A stretch of 63,780 nucleotides of DNA, filler included, from Basidioascus undulatus (Eukaryota), in NCBI GenBank assembly GCA_000826855.1. It is 12 parts of 12 records of this genome, joined end to end, with 100 filler letters (N's around TTAATTAATTAA, not from the genome) between each part and the next. Parts side by side here need not be neighbours in the genome. Positions count along the whole stretch, not along the records: positions 38,886 to 42,370 come from JTLS01002404.1; positions 42,471 to 45,951 come from JTLS01002405.1; positions 46,052 to 49,523 come from JTLS01002406.1; positions 49,624 to 53,076 come from JTLS01002407.1; 8 more parts are not named here. One strand, given 5' to 3'. The position numbers and the translations under genes were made by a program. Positions 40,082 to 51,451 of this stretch are shown here, piece by piece. The notes under the pieces were generated by a model. It was not told the origin of the DNA, made no database searches, and worked only from the letters and a program-made list of their open reading frames with translations. Each line of letters starts with the position of its first letter. Position 1 is the stretch's first letter.

Positions 40082-40505
40082 TGCTGGATGGGCGGTGGTA
40101 GATTGAGGATGAGTGCAGTCGTGGCGGTTCAAAGTGAAGATTGTTGAAAGAGGAGCGACGAAAGGAGCGCACAAGGGCACGCAACGCCGCCGCACAAGAA
40201 CAAAGGACAAAGGCACATGTGGCGCAACGCCGCCGCACTAAGAACAAAGGACAAAGGCGAGGTGAAACGAAGCTGTCACCGGGCAGTCAAGGCCGCCGGA
40301 AGTACCCATTCGACCCTATACATGGTGTTTTTAACCTCTTTATGCCGCAGCTAGAAGTTCCGACAGCCTCAACAGATGAAGGAGCGGCCTGGCGCACTAC
40401 GCAATACTCCGTCTTCGTCAAGGCAGTTCGCCGGTTCGCAGGCCAGGGCTGCATCGACCTTCTCCTCGACTCTCATCAAGCCCTCACAGCCTTATAATCT
40501 CAACC
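40082..40505. promoter_or_regulatory. Bidirectional HD1/HD2 promoter containing a duplicated element with HMG-box-like sites
   Basis: 424 bp between divergent ATGs; CGCAACGCCGCCGCAC(T)AAGAACAAAGGACAAAGGC at 40180-40214 and 40223-40258. Confidence 0.75.
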
Positions 40506-42370
40506 ATGCTCACACCACTGGCGAGTATCGCGGCTTCAGCGGAAAGCATCCAAACACTATGCGGCACCGCGTTTGCCCGTGCGCCTTCACCGCACACCTG
40601 CGCGCTGCCGCCCCCCCTCACAGGTCCCACCGTTCCCGACCTTCGGCTCGATTTGATCGACGAAGGGCTTCTTCCCAAGGCAGCCGAATATCTCAACCAC
40701 GTCTTTCGGGACAGCATTCTCCGCACCGCCCGCGTATGCCAGCGGGAGTACACCACGGCATGCGAGCGGGTCCTGGCGCTCGGTTCGGGTGACCTGGCTC
40801 TCGACGAACGCCTAGGCCGAGCCTTGGTATCACGAGTCACCCAAGCCGTTGAGAAGGCTCACCAACCCATCTTCGATACTGTGACTACCGTGCGGGATCT
40901 GTTGGATGAGCATGGCGACTCCGACAGGCAGCCTTTCGATGGCAGCGCCGCTTTGGACGACTCGCAGCCCGACCTTTGGTCCCTCACCTCCTCCGTCCCC
41001 TCTTCGTCCTCCTCTTTCTCCGGCTCCTCGGACACGCCCGACTCTGACAAGTTCTGCTGCTATCAGGTGCGCGATGTCGCTCCCTCATCGCTCATCTCCG
41101 TCCCACTCTGACCCCCTTCCACGTTCGCAGGCGGCGATGCTCTTCTTCAAGGAGTGCTTCGAGGTCAACTGCCATCCCGAGAAAGGTGACCGAGTCTTGC
41201 TCGCTTCGGTACATCTTCTGCAATCGTTTCCGAGAGCACGACTGACCTATGGTGGACGGTCGGCAGCTGGCGGATATGGATGTGAAGCAAGTCCGAGTCT
41301 GGGTGCGTTTCTTCCTCGCTGCGTAGGTGAAAAGTGAGCTTGGGGAACGCCTGTCGTGGTCGGTTTGGGCAGAGGAGGGCAAGCGATAAGGCTTTCTCTT
41401 TCTAAATTCTGACCATATGCGTCTTTCTCCGCAGTTCCAAAACCAGCGCAACCGCAAGGGCAAGACGCGCAAGCGCACCACGCCCTCCTCCTACGTCCCC
41501 AAGCCCGCCGCGCAGCGCCGACGCACAGCGACGAACAATTCCTCCTCCGCCGCCGCCGCCCCCATTTCCGAGCAGCCCGCTGCGTCCCCAGCGGCGTCCA
41601 TCCCCGAGACCCTGCCCGGCTCGCCGCCCGACGCCAAGCCCGATTTTGCGATGCTCGAGCGCGAGGACATCTTCGCTGCGGCGGGGCGCGCGCCGCTCGC
41701 GGAGAGGGACGTCAACATCGACGCCCGATTGCGGTCGTCCGAGGAGGGGAAGAAGACGTCCGAGGGGGCATGGGGCGCACCGGCGCAGGCGAAGGGCGGC
41801 GACGAGGCGATGCAGTCTGGTACGTCGCTTGCTTTCAGCCTTACCTTCACATCCTCCGCCTGTCTCTGATCGACTTCCCCTCCGTACAGACTCCCCCACC
41901 AACCTCACTTCCCACCTCCCCGGCTCCGAACTTCCCTCCAACGTCTTCTCGCACTTCAAATTCGACTTCACCTTCCCCTCCTCCATCACCTCCGCCTACC
42001 CCGCAACCAACGCCCTCACAGTCGACTTCACGGCCCCCTCATCCGTCGACCAGTCGATCGAGGAGTACGTCGCAGGAAGCTACATACCGAAAGACGTCGC
42101 GCGTGACGCGTACACCCGCGAAGTCGTCGGCAGCACGACTGCGCAGTGGTCGCAGGCCGTGGCTGCCGGCGCAGGCGCGCTGGGGGCTTGGAACGCGGCT
42201 TGGAACGATCTAGGTGAGCAGGATAAGAACGAGTACGTCTTCCCTGGGAGTAGCCCTCTCGACACCGCACTTACACAAATCCTTCTCCCACAGCTGCTCC
42301 CACCCCTCCGCCGATTCCTACCCCACTCCTCCCCCCGACGTAGCTAACCACTTCAGCGTCTTCCTCTACC
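40506..42370 (+). CDS. HD2: Mating-type homeodomain protein HD2 (bW-like), 3' truncated; introns 41067-41130, 41209-41266, 41303-41434 and further ones
   Basis: Spliced homeodomain AAMLFFKECFEVNCHPEKGDRVLLAS/LADMDVKQVRVW/FQNQRNRKGKTRKR (canonical WFQNxR); divergent from HD1. Confidence 0.93.
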
Positions 42371-45300
42371 NNNNNNNNNNNNNNNNNNNNNNNNNNNNNN
42401 NNNNNNNNNNNNNNTTAATTAATTAANNNNNNNNNNNNNNNNNNNNNNNNNNNNNNNNNNNNNNNNNNNNGGGGAGGGTAGTTCTGTGGGGTTTGCGGGT
42501 ATATAAGCGACAATTTCAGCGGTATAGCGGTTATGTGGTGCTTACTGCTGAAGGATGCGCTGCTGAGGGTGAGGACGGTCGCAGGAGATGGAGGGGATGG
42601 AGGTTCGAAGGCAAGGGCAAGCGCGGAAGAGGAGCGCGTCGTGCCGCGTCTTCAGTTTGATTGATTGCGACGCGTCCCCACGATTTTGCGTTTCGATCTT
42701 GCGTTTCGCTCCCCTTCGCTCCTCTTTTTTTTTTCCGCTCTGCACGGCACTTCTTTGACTGTTTGGGGCGCCTTTAGCCTGAATAAAGTTCAAAATAAAG
42801 GAAATACAAGTTTGGGTTGAAGATCATGGCAGCCGGATGGTGCGGGTTCTTCCGGAGTCCGGACTTGACGACCTGCTCGTTGGCTTCTCACAACATCTCT
42901 CTTCAGACCGACTCAAGCAGCCTCCTCATCCAAGAGCCATGCAGCTGATGAGCTTTTCAAGCATTTATTACCCTGTTACAATCACTCTTCCTCCCAGCAA
43001 CGACTGCTTTCCACCCTAGCGAGCCTTTCGATCTCCCCCATCGGTCTATCCATCTGCACACCTGCGTCTCTTTCCCCCGCGATGAACACCCCCCCATCCA
43101 GCTACCGCTCTCTCGATTCCGGCTTTTCTTCCATGCCCACCAACCGGCTTCACTCCCAGCCTCTCCAGTAGCCGCGTTGACTCCCTAGCACCAGCCTGAG
43201 GAAGGAGCACCAATCCAAGCCGTCGCCGTCCCCGATCCGGAAGGGTCGGTTCAACCTGTACGCCAGGCCACAGAGCACCCTTAAACCTCAGAACAGCGCG
43301 TGGGCCGTCCCAGCGTCGCCGACAAAGAGCACGATGGCGGGTGCCGCGGTGCGCTCCCACACGTATGCAACCAAAGCGTCGACGGAGCCGCCGCAGTCTT
43401 GTGCGTTTTCCTGATTACTTATCTGCTTATTGTGGTTTTTACGAAGAGTCACTCCCGCAGCCGATGTCCCCAAACGCTTCCACACCTTCTAACGATGCGA
43501 TGCGGCGCTCGTCCCCCTGTCGCAGTCTACGTCGTTCCCCTCCTCTTCCCGCTTTCTATCTCCCTCCCCCTGACATCTCTCCTCGAACCTCAACCGCACA
43601 GCCCCTCCCTCCCGCACTGGCCGTACGCCCGCGCGGCGCGCAACACCACCACCTCTCTCCACGCCCCGACGCTCGCTTCCTCCGCGCACAAGGGCGGCTT
43701 CCTCACCTCCTCGCTGTAATGCTTTTGCCAAAAGCTTGAACTTTGGAGGCATCGAACCTCCATACCGGTAGGATACACATCAAGTCCAGCTGGCTTAGGC
43801 AATCACAGGCTATGTCTATGGGTAGGAAGGCATGTAAGGGACCACAACCTTACACTCGCCGAGGCTGAACGCCTTCGCATACGAGGCTGCGCGGGAGGGC
43901 AGGGAGCCCGTGCAGGCGGCAGTGCACCGCCTGTTTTCGAGGGAGATCCAGAAGTCGGGGAACGAGGGCAAGGGGTTCCATCCAGCTCAGGGGCGCGTTT
44001 AGGAGAAGGAGCGGAAGTAGGACAGGGATGAGGAAGGGGGGTGGGGTTGGGGGCCGGGGTTGGGTCGAGCGAATGGAAAGGGTGGAGAAGCGCGCAGGAG
44101 ACCGGGAAGGGGAAGGAAGGGGAAGTGGCCGAGGGAGCGAAGACTGTTCTTTCACATGTTGGGCGATAGAGAGCATGGCTCAGCCGTATCTTGACTTGAC
44201 TTTTGTGCGAGATCTGCGGTGGGGTCTTGCTCGCGTGCACAAACCCAGGGACAGAAGAATCAGACAGAAACCAAAACGTGTATGGGGGTCTTAAAGGAAA
44301 GAAGGCGAATTCCAGCTTTCGCAAGTGACATTCCCCCCACAAGTCGACGTCGGCGAGTTAATTAACCCAGCTGGCTGCAGTGCACGAGCGGCGCTGCGTC
44401 GCGAGTGCTGTGCTCGATTCGGTTAAAGCACAAGGCGCGTACCCAGCACTGGTACCCAAGAACACGAATTTTTTTTTTTGGGTATTCTGGGAGAGGAGGA
44501 CTAGCAGCCGCGATAGCAGCACTGAGACTGCTCACAACGTTGCGATGGTCCTTTCCGTGCATCCTCCTAGTCAGGAGTCAGTTGCTCATGCCTAGTCGAG
44601 AAGATTCCGAAATATCAATAATCCCTTGACTGAGTTCTCTGGGACTGTCAGGCATTCGGACATCCAGCCTTCCATCCACAATGGCCATCGTGCATGCTGC
44701 GCAGAATCTCTCCGGGACATCCTCTTCTTCCTTCTTTCTATGCTTTTCGATAAGCCGCACCTGTTCCCATCCGATTGATATGTTGTACACTGGGCGACAT
44801 GCGGAAGCCAGACAGGACAGGCACGAATGCACCTTTTCCGGTACCGGGCCATCTTTCCACCACTAGAGAACCTACGCTTCCATGCTGCATATTACTCGGC
44901 CCTCCTCCGAGTCACCCTCGCCCCCATTTCCCCTCCCCGTTCCCGGACCTTCCACCCAGCCCAAACCAAACCCCGCCCATGCCCTCCAGCAAAAACCTCT
45001 CCAGCGCCGGGCTCATTCCCTCCCTTCCGGCTCTGCGAACGCGAACGCAAACGTGTTCATGCACAACCGAGAGACGAGGATGGGGGGGAGGAGAGTTGGA
45101 GCGTGGGGGCGTGCGAACCGGGGGATGAGATCGGAGAAAGCCGCAGGCCACGCGCTTGAAATTGCCGGCCCTCGGTTGTCGTTAGTCGCCATCTATTTAT
45201 CGTGTCGAGCTTCGGTGTATCGTAGGAATGATGCGTAGGTGTAGTGAAGGGAGAAGCGGACAGACGAGCTTGGCGCACCGTCGACACCACCGCCAGTGCC

Positions 45301-45625
45301 AACCGGCTTTGGACAACTCTCAGTGCGCGCGGTCAAATGGGGCTTTCTTCCGTTCTATCAATGTCAGTGCACTTCCTAAGACTTACGGCTCGTCCGGTCG
45401 CGTGAAAGACAAGCAGCAGCCCCAGCTCTAGCCCTAGCCGCCTGTCCATCCCCCACTGCTCAGTCCAACCAACCTCCCCTCCCTGCCTAGCAGCGCAAAC
45501 TCGCGTTCCACCAATTATACACAACAGGACCGTGTCCCCCCCGCTTCTTTGCTTTGTACACAAATTTTAGCCACCCACCCAGCAGCAGGATAATACACCC
45601 CCCGCGTCCCTCTCTGCCCATTCCT

Positions 45626-45828
45626 TCACCGCCGGATCGCGCGCGGGGCCGACCCACCGCGCCCGCGGCGCGCTGTAACAATAATCCAAACTGCGTGTCA
45701 GCCGTGTGGAGAAGGGGAAGGGGAAGAAGGGTTAACGAAACGGACCGTTCGCGCGCATGATCGTCGCGCGCCCGCGCGCCGTGCCGATGCCACGCCCCTT
45801 CATCGCGTTCGGGCCGACGCGCTTGAAC
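45626..45828 (-). CDS. SMD3: Small nuclear ribonucleoprotein Sm D3, last two exons, partial
   Basis: FKRVGPNAMKGRGIGTARGRATIMRAN/ARRGRGGSAPRAIRR*. Confidence 0.85.
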
Positions 45829-46181
45829 CTGTGGCGGAGGAAAGAGGGGAAGGAAGGTCAGCGGAGGGGTGCGGGGGATTGGAAGGTGTGTTCGGTGCTG
45901 GTGGATGCTATGTCGACGTTCGATGTATGGACTTGGGTGACGAGTTAGGTTNNNNNNNNNNNNNNNNNNNNNNNNNNNNNNNNNNNNNNNNNNNNTTAAT
46001 TAATTAANNNNNNNNNNNNNNNNNNNNNNNNNNNNNNNNNNNNNNNNNNNNGGGATTGGAAGGTGGTCGGGAGGGGCAGTCCGGGCGGGGCGAGCGGGGA
46101 GCAGGTGGTGGGTGGGGTGAGGGAGGAAGAGACGGACGACCGCTGCGAGTGCGAATCGTTGGTGGACGGAGGGGAGGCGTT

Positions 46182-46393
46182 CTAGGGAAGCAGGGAACGC
46201 GTGAGCCCATTATCCCCTGACTAACCCGAGGGGACAAAGAGATGCGGATGGCGGAAGAGAGAAGAACGCGCGCGCACCCTATCTACAGGATCACAGAGAA
46301 TATCGTTGTGGATCTGCGCCACACCCAGTCCATTGCCATCAGCACCTCCGCCCACCCACCCGAGTGGTGAGCAAGCCAACGCACCTTGGACAT
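46182..46393 (-). other. Candidate spliced micro-ORF/uORF (27 aa) in an intron-rich leader
   Basis: Exons 46393-46385, 46313-46278 and 46220-46182 joined by GTGCG..AG introns give MSKIHNDILCDPVDRSGDNGLTRSLLP*. Confidence 0.4.
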
Positions 46394-47667
46394 TCCTCCC
46401 GGCGAAGTGGACGCCGTGTAGTGCGAGACGGCAGGAGATGGCAGACAAGTCCGGTGCTGCAGGAAGCGGGTGTCCGAGCGGAAAGAAAGAGAAAGAAGAT
46501 CTAGCGCGGGGTGTGTCTGATTCTATGCGAGTAGATATGCTGGGGGCGGGGAGAGGGCAAGGGAGGTGGGGAGCGAGAGCGGAAAGTCAGCGCAAGCGAA
46601 GAGGCTCGAAGAGTGCCGGTGCTTGCCTTTGCCGGTGTCCGAAGAGGGAGATGCGGCTGAGCTCCCGGTGGTCGTGCGTATCGTCGCTGTCGTCCCGGGT
46701 GCTGATGGTGCTGTTCTACGCGGCGGCGGAAGATAAGAGCGCAATGAGAGGCGGGAATCTGTAGGGCAGAGGCTACGTGGGGCAGCGGTCCACCCCTGGC
46801 CTTGTGAGCGGTGAAGGCAAGCTTTGGGCGGTCAGGTGAGCGCTTCAGGCTTCAGATGCGGAATTCTACTGCGACTGCATCTCAGCCCGCGCCAGTGGCA
46901 AACAATAAATAAAGATTCCCCTCAAATTTCAAGTAAACATCTTCATTGAAAGGATGGACGGAGACACAAACACACTGCCAACTGTGAACACACATCTCGA
47001 AGGTGAGCGAGTGATCCCCTCTGCAACCAGCTTTGTCGTCCAGTCTCCCTTTCAATAATGTCCTGTCCTGTCCACACCTTCGTCGATGCCCAGACACCTC
47101 AATCAACACAACAGGAAGCAGATCCGGCTGACCGGGCGCCTTGCCCAGCTTACCCATCGTAAGATTAGCAGCCGCCAGACATGCCAGCTGCTGTTGAATC
47201 GCCCTGGGTCATGAGGAGGAGCAGGAGGCGTTGCTGATGACGCCCGGTGCGGCTCTACATCCGCACCGGTGAGCACGAGTAGAAGGTAGTGTGATCAGAG
47301 TTGTGAACGGTGGCAAACCATGCATTGGCGACCGGGCCGATGCACCGCAAGAAGAGAAGGCGGGCTGGAGGTTGGCCGGGTCGGGCATTCAAGCCAACCT
47401 CTCGAAGTGCATTCTGACTAGTAGTGGGTTATATGCTGGAAAGGGCATGTCTTCATTGGATCGCGAGAACAACCATGCAGTATTCGACTGCAAACCTGCA
47501 AAACTCGATACAGAACACGCCCGTCAAGAGCAATGGCGTTGACAGATTGATTGACAGAAGGCCTGTCACTCGAGAGCGTGAGAATCGCTGAGGGGGCTGC
47601 CCGCAATTTCGAGCCGCCTTCGCGTCTTCCTGCTTGCCATCGTGCTTCTCCACTTTCTACAGCCGCC

Positions 47668-49497
47668 ATGGGTAAGTTGCCGTCCAGTACCGACCAAACA
47701 TTCCAATCCCTCATCCTCATTGTCATGCTCCCGCAGTCCGGTCCTACGAGCGCCACGGCCCGACCGCAGCCTTCGGGCTGATCTCCTCCTCCTCGGCGCC
47801 CTCGCACTACGTCCTCCCCTCCAAGCACGCTTTCGTCCCGGCGCTGGAGGACGTCCTAGTCTGGGACGTGAAGCGCGGCATCCAACTCTCGATGTGGCAC
47901 GAGACCGGCCTCCGCGCGGAGGTGACCGCGCTCGCACCGTCGCCTGTCGAGGGCTCGGGCCGCTGGGCGGTCGGGTACGCGGACGGGAGCGTGCGCGTGT
48001 GGGAGTGGGACGACGAGGAAAGGGAGGGGAGCGTTGTTGTTACGTTCAATGGGCATAAGCGGGCGGTTAGCGCGCTCGCGTGGGATAGGGACGGTGTCAG
48101 GCTCGCGAGCGGAGGGAAGGACACGGAGTTGATTGTGTGGGATGTGGTGGGCGAGACGGGTATCTGCCGGTGCGTCTTCCTTCTCCCCTTCTCCTCACCC
48201 AAACCCTTCCAACTAACCGCTTACCCTCGTAGACTCCGCGGCCACCGCGACGTGATCACCTCTCTGCACTTCCTCTCCCCTCCCGCCTCTGCTTCCGCCT
48301 CCGCCGCGGCGGCCGCCTCGACGTCCACGACTGCCTCGGCCGGCCACCTGCTCACGTCCGCGAAGGACACGTTCCTCAAGCTGTGGGACCTCTCGACGCA
48401 GCACTGCATCGAGACCGTCGTCGCGCACCGCAGCGAGATCTGGGCCATCGACGTCTCCCCCGACGGCGACCTCGCGGTCACCGGCAGCGGGGACGGCGAG
48501 GTGCGCGTGTGGAAGATCGACGCGGAGGGGCTAGCGGAGGGTCTGAAGACGGATGAGGAGGGCAAGGTGCGTTGCTTGTCCACTCTTCTTTCCCACAGTG
48601 CCCTCTCTTTTTCTGACTTTTGCCTTGCCTTCTGACGGCGGGTGTGCGTCTGGCCCACAGATCAAGAAGCTCATCCACCCGCTCTCGGTCCTCCCCTCGC
48701 CCTCTCACACGCGGCACAAGATTTTCCAAATCTTGTTCCACCCGACGTTCCCGTTGCTCGCGATCCAGAGCACGGACAAGGCGGTTGAGGTCCTGCGCAT
48801 CCGGACGGAGGAGGAGGTGCGCAAGAAGCTCGCGCGGCGCCGCCGGCGCGCGAAGGAGAAGGGCAAGGGCAAGGGCAAGGGCAAGGGCAAGAAGGGGGAG
48901 GAGGATGAGGACGAGGAGGATGCGGCGGTTGAGGATGGGGAGGGCGCGGGCGAGGAGGTCAAGATCGAGGACCGTATCACGCCGCACCTCGTTGTCCGCG
49001 GGAGCGGAAAGGTCCGCTCGTTCTCGATGCCCGCTCAGGCAACGGGGTCAGATCCGAAGTCGGCTGTCCAGGTGCGTCGTTCTCGGCCTCGTCAAACCCC
49101 AAGAACACCTGCTCACTAACGCGCTCATGGCCATCCGCAGATTCTCCTCGCCCTGCACTCCAACGCACTCGAAGTCCACGCCGTCCCGCAGCCAACCAAG
49201 AAGTCGGCCGACCCCTCCCCGCCCGAGTCGTCCAAAATCCACTCGCTCGACCTGCCCGGGCACCGCACCGACATCCGCGCGCTCGCGCTCAGCTCGGACG
49301 ACGTCCTGCTTGCGAGCGCTTCGAACGGTGCGCGTATCACTGCTTCTCGTGCTGCTGGGTGAGTGGAGGCTGAACTTGTGGAATTCGGTGATGGGACAGG
49401 GAGCCTCAAGATCTGGAACATGAAGACGACGTCGTGCCTGCGCACCCTCGAGTGCGGGTACGCAATCTGCGCGACGTTCCTTCCCGGGAACCGACAC
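47668..49497 (+). CDS. DIP2: U3 snoRNP WD40 protein Utp12/Dip2 (WDR3), 3' truncated
   Basis: 4-nt first exon, then MVRSYERHGPTAAFGLI..ALEDVLVWDVKRG; AVGYADGSVRVW, FNGHKRAVSAL, LASGGKDTELIVWDVVGETG, LPGHRTDIRAL. Confidence 0.93.
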
Positions 49498-49926
49498 GTG
49501 CGTTCCTCTCCCCCTCCCCCTCCNNNNNNNNNNNNNNNNNNNNNNNNNNNNNNNNNNNNNNNNNNNNTTAATTAATTAANNNNNNNNNNNNNNNNNNNNN
49601 NNNNNNNNNNNNNNNNNNNNNNNGTTAGAGACATTAGTGGGGGAGGTTGGGAGAGACATCAGGAGGAGGACGGGATGGGTACGCTACAGGGGGTGGATGG
49701 GGAGGATAAAGGGGCGGATGGGGAGATGGGGGCGCACTGTAAGGAGCAGGGTACGGGGATGATGTCGGCCCAGGCGCGCGGCACGAGGTGAGTACGGGCG
49801 AGCTATCGGACTTCCGGGATAGAATGGAATGCGGAAAGCCGAAAGGTGGAAAGTTGCCGGCATGGCTTCCTTTCCCCTTACACCCTCCGTCTCTCTCTTA
49901 TCTCTCTGATTGCAAGGCGGCACAGG

Positions 49927-51046
49927 ATGGCGGACAAGGAACCGAAGAAGTTCACCTATGTGATTGAGCACATGGAGGTGCGTTGCTGTTAGAGGCGTGT
50001 AGGCAAGCTGACTCAGGGACGTGTGGGGTCGCAGGAAGACGAGCCGGATGATTATGTTGTGCCGGAGTGGGCGTTGCTCGAGTACAACGTGCGCCAAACC
50101 CTTAAACGTCCAAATGGCAGATAGTGGACTGAGCGTCCTTCCCTCCCTTAGCACATGCTCTCTCTCGCCTCACCCACCGCAATCGTCCGATACACGAACC
50201 TCTCCCCTCTCTCCTCTTCCGCCCTCCCGCCCCGCCTCTCCACCTCCTCCTCCACCGCCTCCGCAGATTGCCACACATCCTCCATCCTCGACGTCCTCAA
50301 GGAGCACGGCGTCCCCCTCGAGCGCGTGTGCCTCCTTGACCCCCGCGCGGAGAAGGAGATCGCACCGGAGGACGGCGAGGAGTTCGACTGGTTCCTTTTT
50401 GGGGGGATTTTGGGGGACGAGCCGCCGAGGGATCGGACGTGAGTTTTGGGAGGGGAGAGGAGAGGAGAGGGGGAGGGGTGCTGAGAAGGGGTGGGGGGGG
50501 CAGCGCGGAGTTGAGGAAGCTTGGGTTTAAGGGGAGGCATTTGGGGCCGAAGCAGGTATGATTGCGGTTGTTTTGCACCTTCATGAACGGGCAGGACTGA
50601 TGCGGAGTGGTATTGATGCAGATGACTACGGACACGGCTCTGGGCGTCACGAAGCTCGTAGTGCACGACAAGAGTGCGTCTTCCCCTCCCCTTCCCACTC
50701 CGCCCGACTTCCTGCTTACCGCGCTCGCACACTCCAGTCCCCCTCTCAAAAATTCCCTTCGTCGTACGTCCGATCTCCCCTGCCCCTCCTCTTCCCTTAC
50801 CATTTGCCGCTCCCTCCTCTCCTCTCTTCCCCTTTCCCTTCTTCTCCACTTCTCTCTCCTCGATGCCCCAGTGTGGCTGACACGCTCCCCCCGCAGACGG
50901 ACCCCACCATCCGCTTCGCCAACGCCTCGAACGAGAGCATCGAGATGCCGTTCCGGTACATCGCCAACGAGCGCGGCGAGCCGGTCATGCCCCCCGGGAT
51001 GAGGGAGCACTTGTGGAAGGATCTGGATCGGGCGTTCGAGTTTTAG
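49927..51046 (+). CDS. SFM1: SPOUT-family protein-arginine methyltransferase Sfm1 (DUF431)
   Basis: YVIEHME, WALLEY, RVCLLDP.A...PEDG..FDWFLFGGILGDEPPRDRT, RHLGPKQMTTDTA, ESIEMPFRY, P.MPPGM. Confidence 0.92.
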
Positions 51047-51451
51047 GAGGGGAAGCAATGCGGGGGGAGAGGGGGGGATAGTGCCCGGTGGTGTTGCAGT
51101 GTCATTATAAGCCAGTTGTAAAGAGCTCTCATTTTTGTGCTGAGGACTGCGCGAGCTGCCGGGATTGAGTGATGAATGTGTCTGGGTGGATTGTGGGGAC
51201 AGCGCTTTGATCTTCAAGACTCGGTTATTCTGAAATCGTCCAGTAGCCCGTCAACTCTTTCATCCGAGTCGATATTTTGTCAAGCTTTCTGTTCTCTGTT
51301 TCTGCTGCAGCCCTCGGAGTGAAATCGCAATCTGCCCACAATCACAATCACGTGTCCCTCACAGCCGCGTCATCAGGCACCGCCGCCCTCCTGCCCACCC
51401 TCCCCTCCATCCCTACCCTCATCGCCTCCTCCTCCTCCCCTCACTCTCAAG

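Noticed and set aside
42471..45600. Pheromone precursor or STE3 receptor near the HD genes
   Set aside because: No short CAAX-ending or tandem-repeat ORF and no STE3 motifs were found by eye; only unassignable exon-like fragments (43082-43719, 44900-45192)
46182..46393. Micro-ORF as an arginine attenuator peptide (DILCD vs DYLSD)
   Set aside because: Lacks the key Tyr and Trp of the AAP, and no carbamoyl-phosphate synthetase ORF is visible
48859..48893. (AAGGGC)n repeat
   Set aside because: Coding microsatellite giving KGKGKG in a variable loop of Dip2; ordinary
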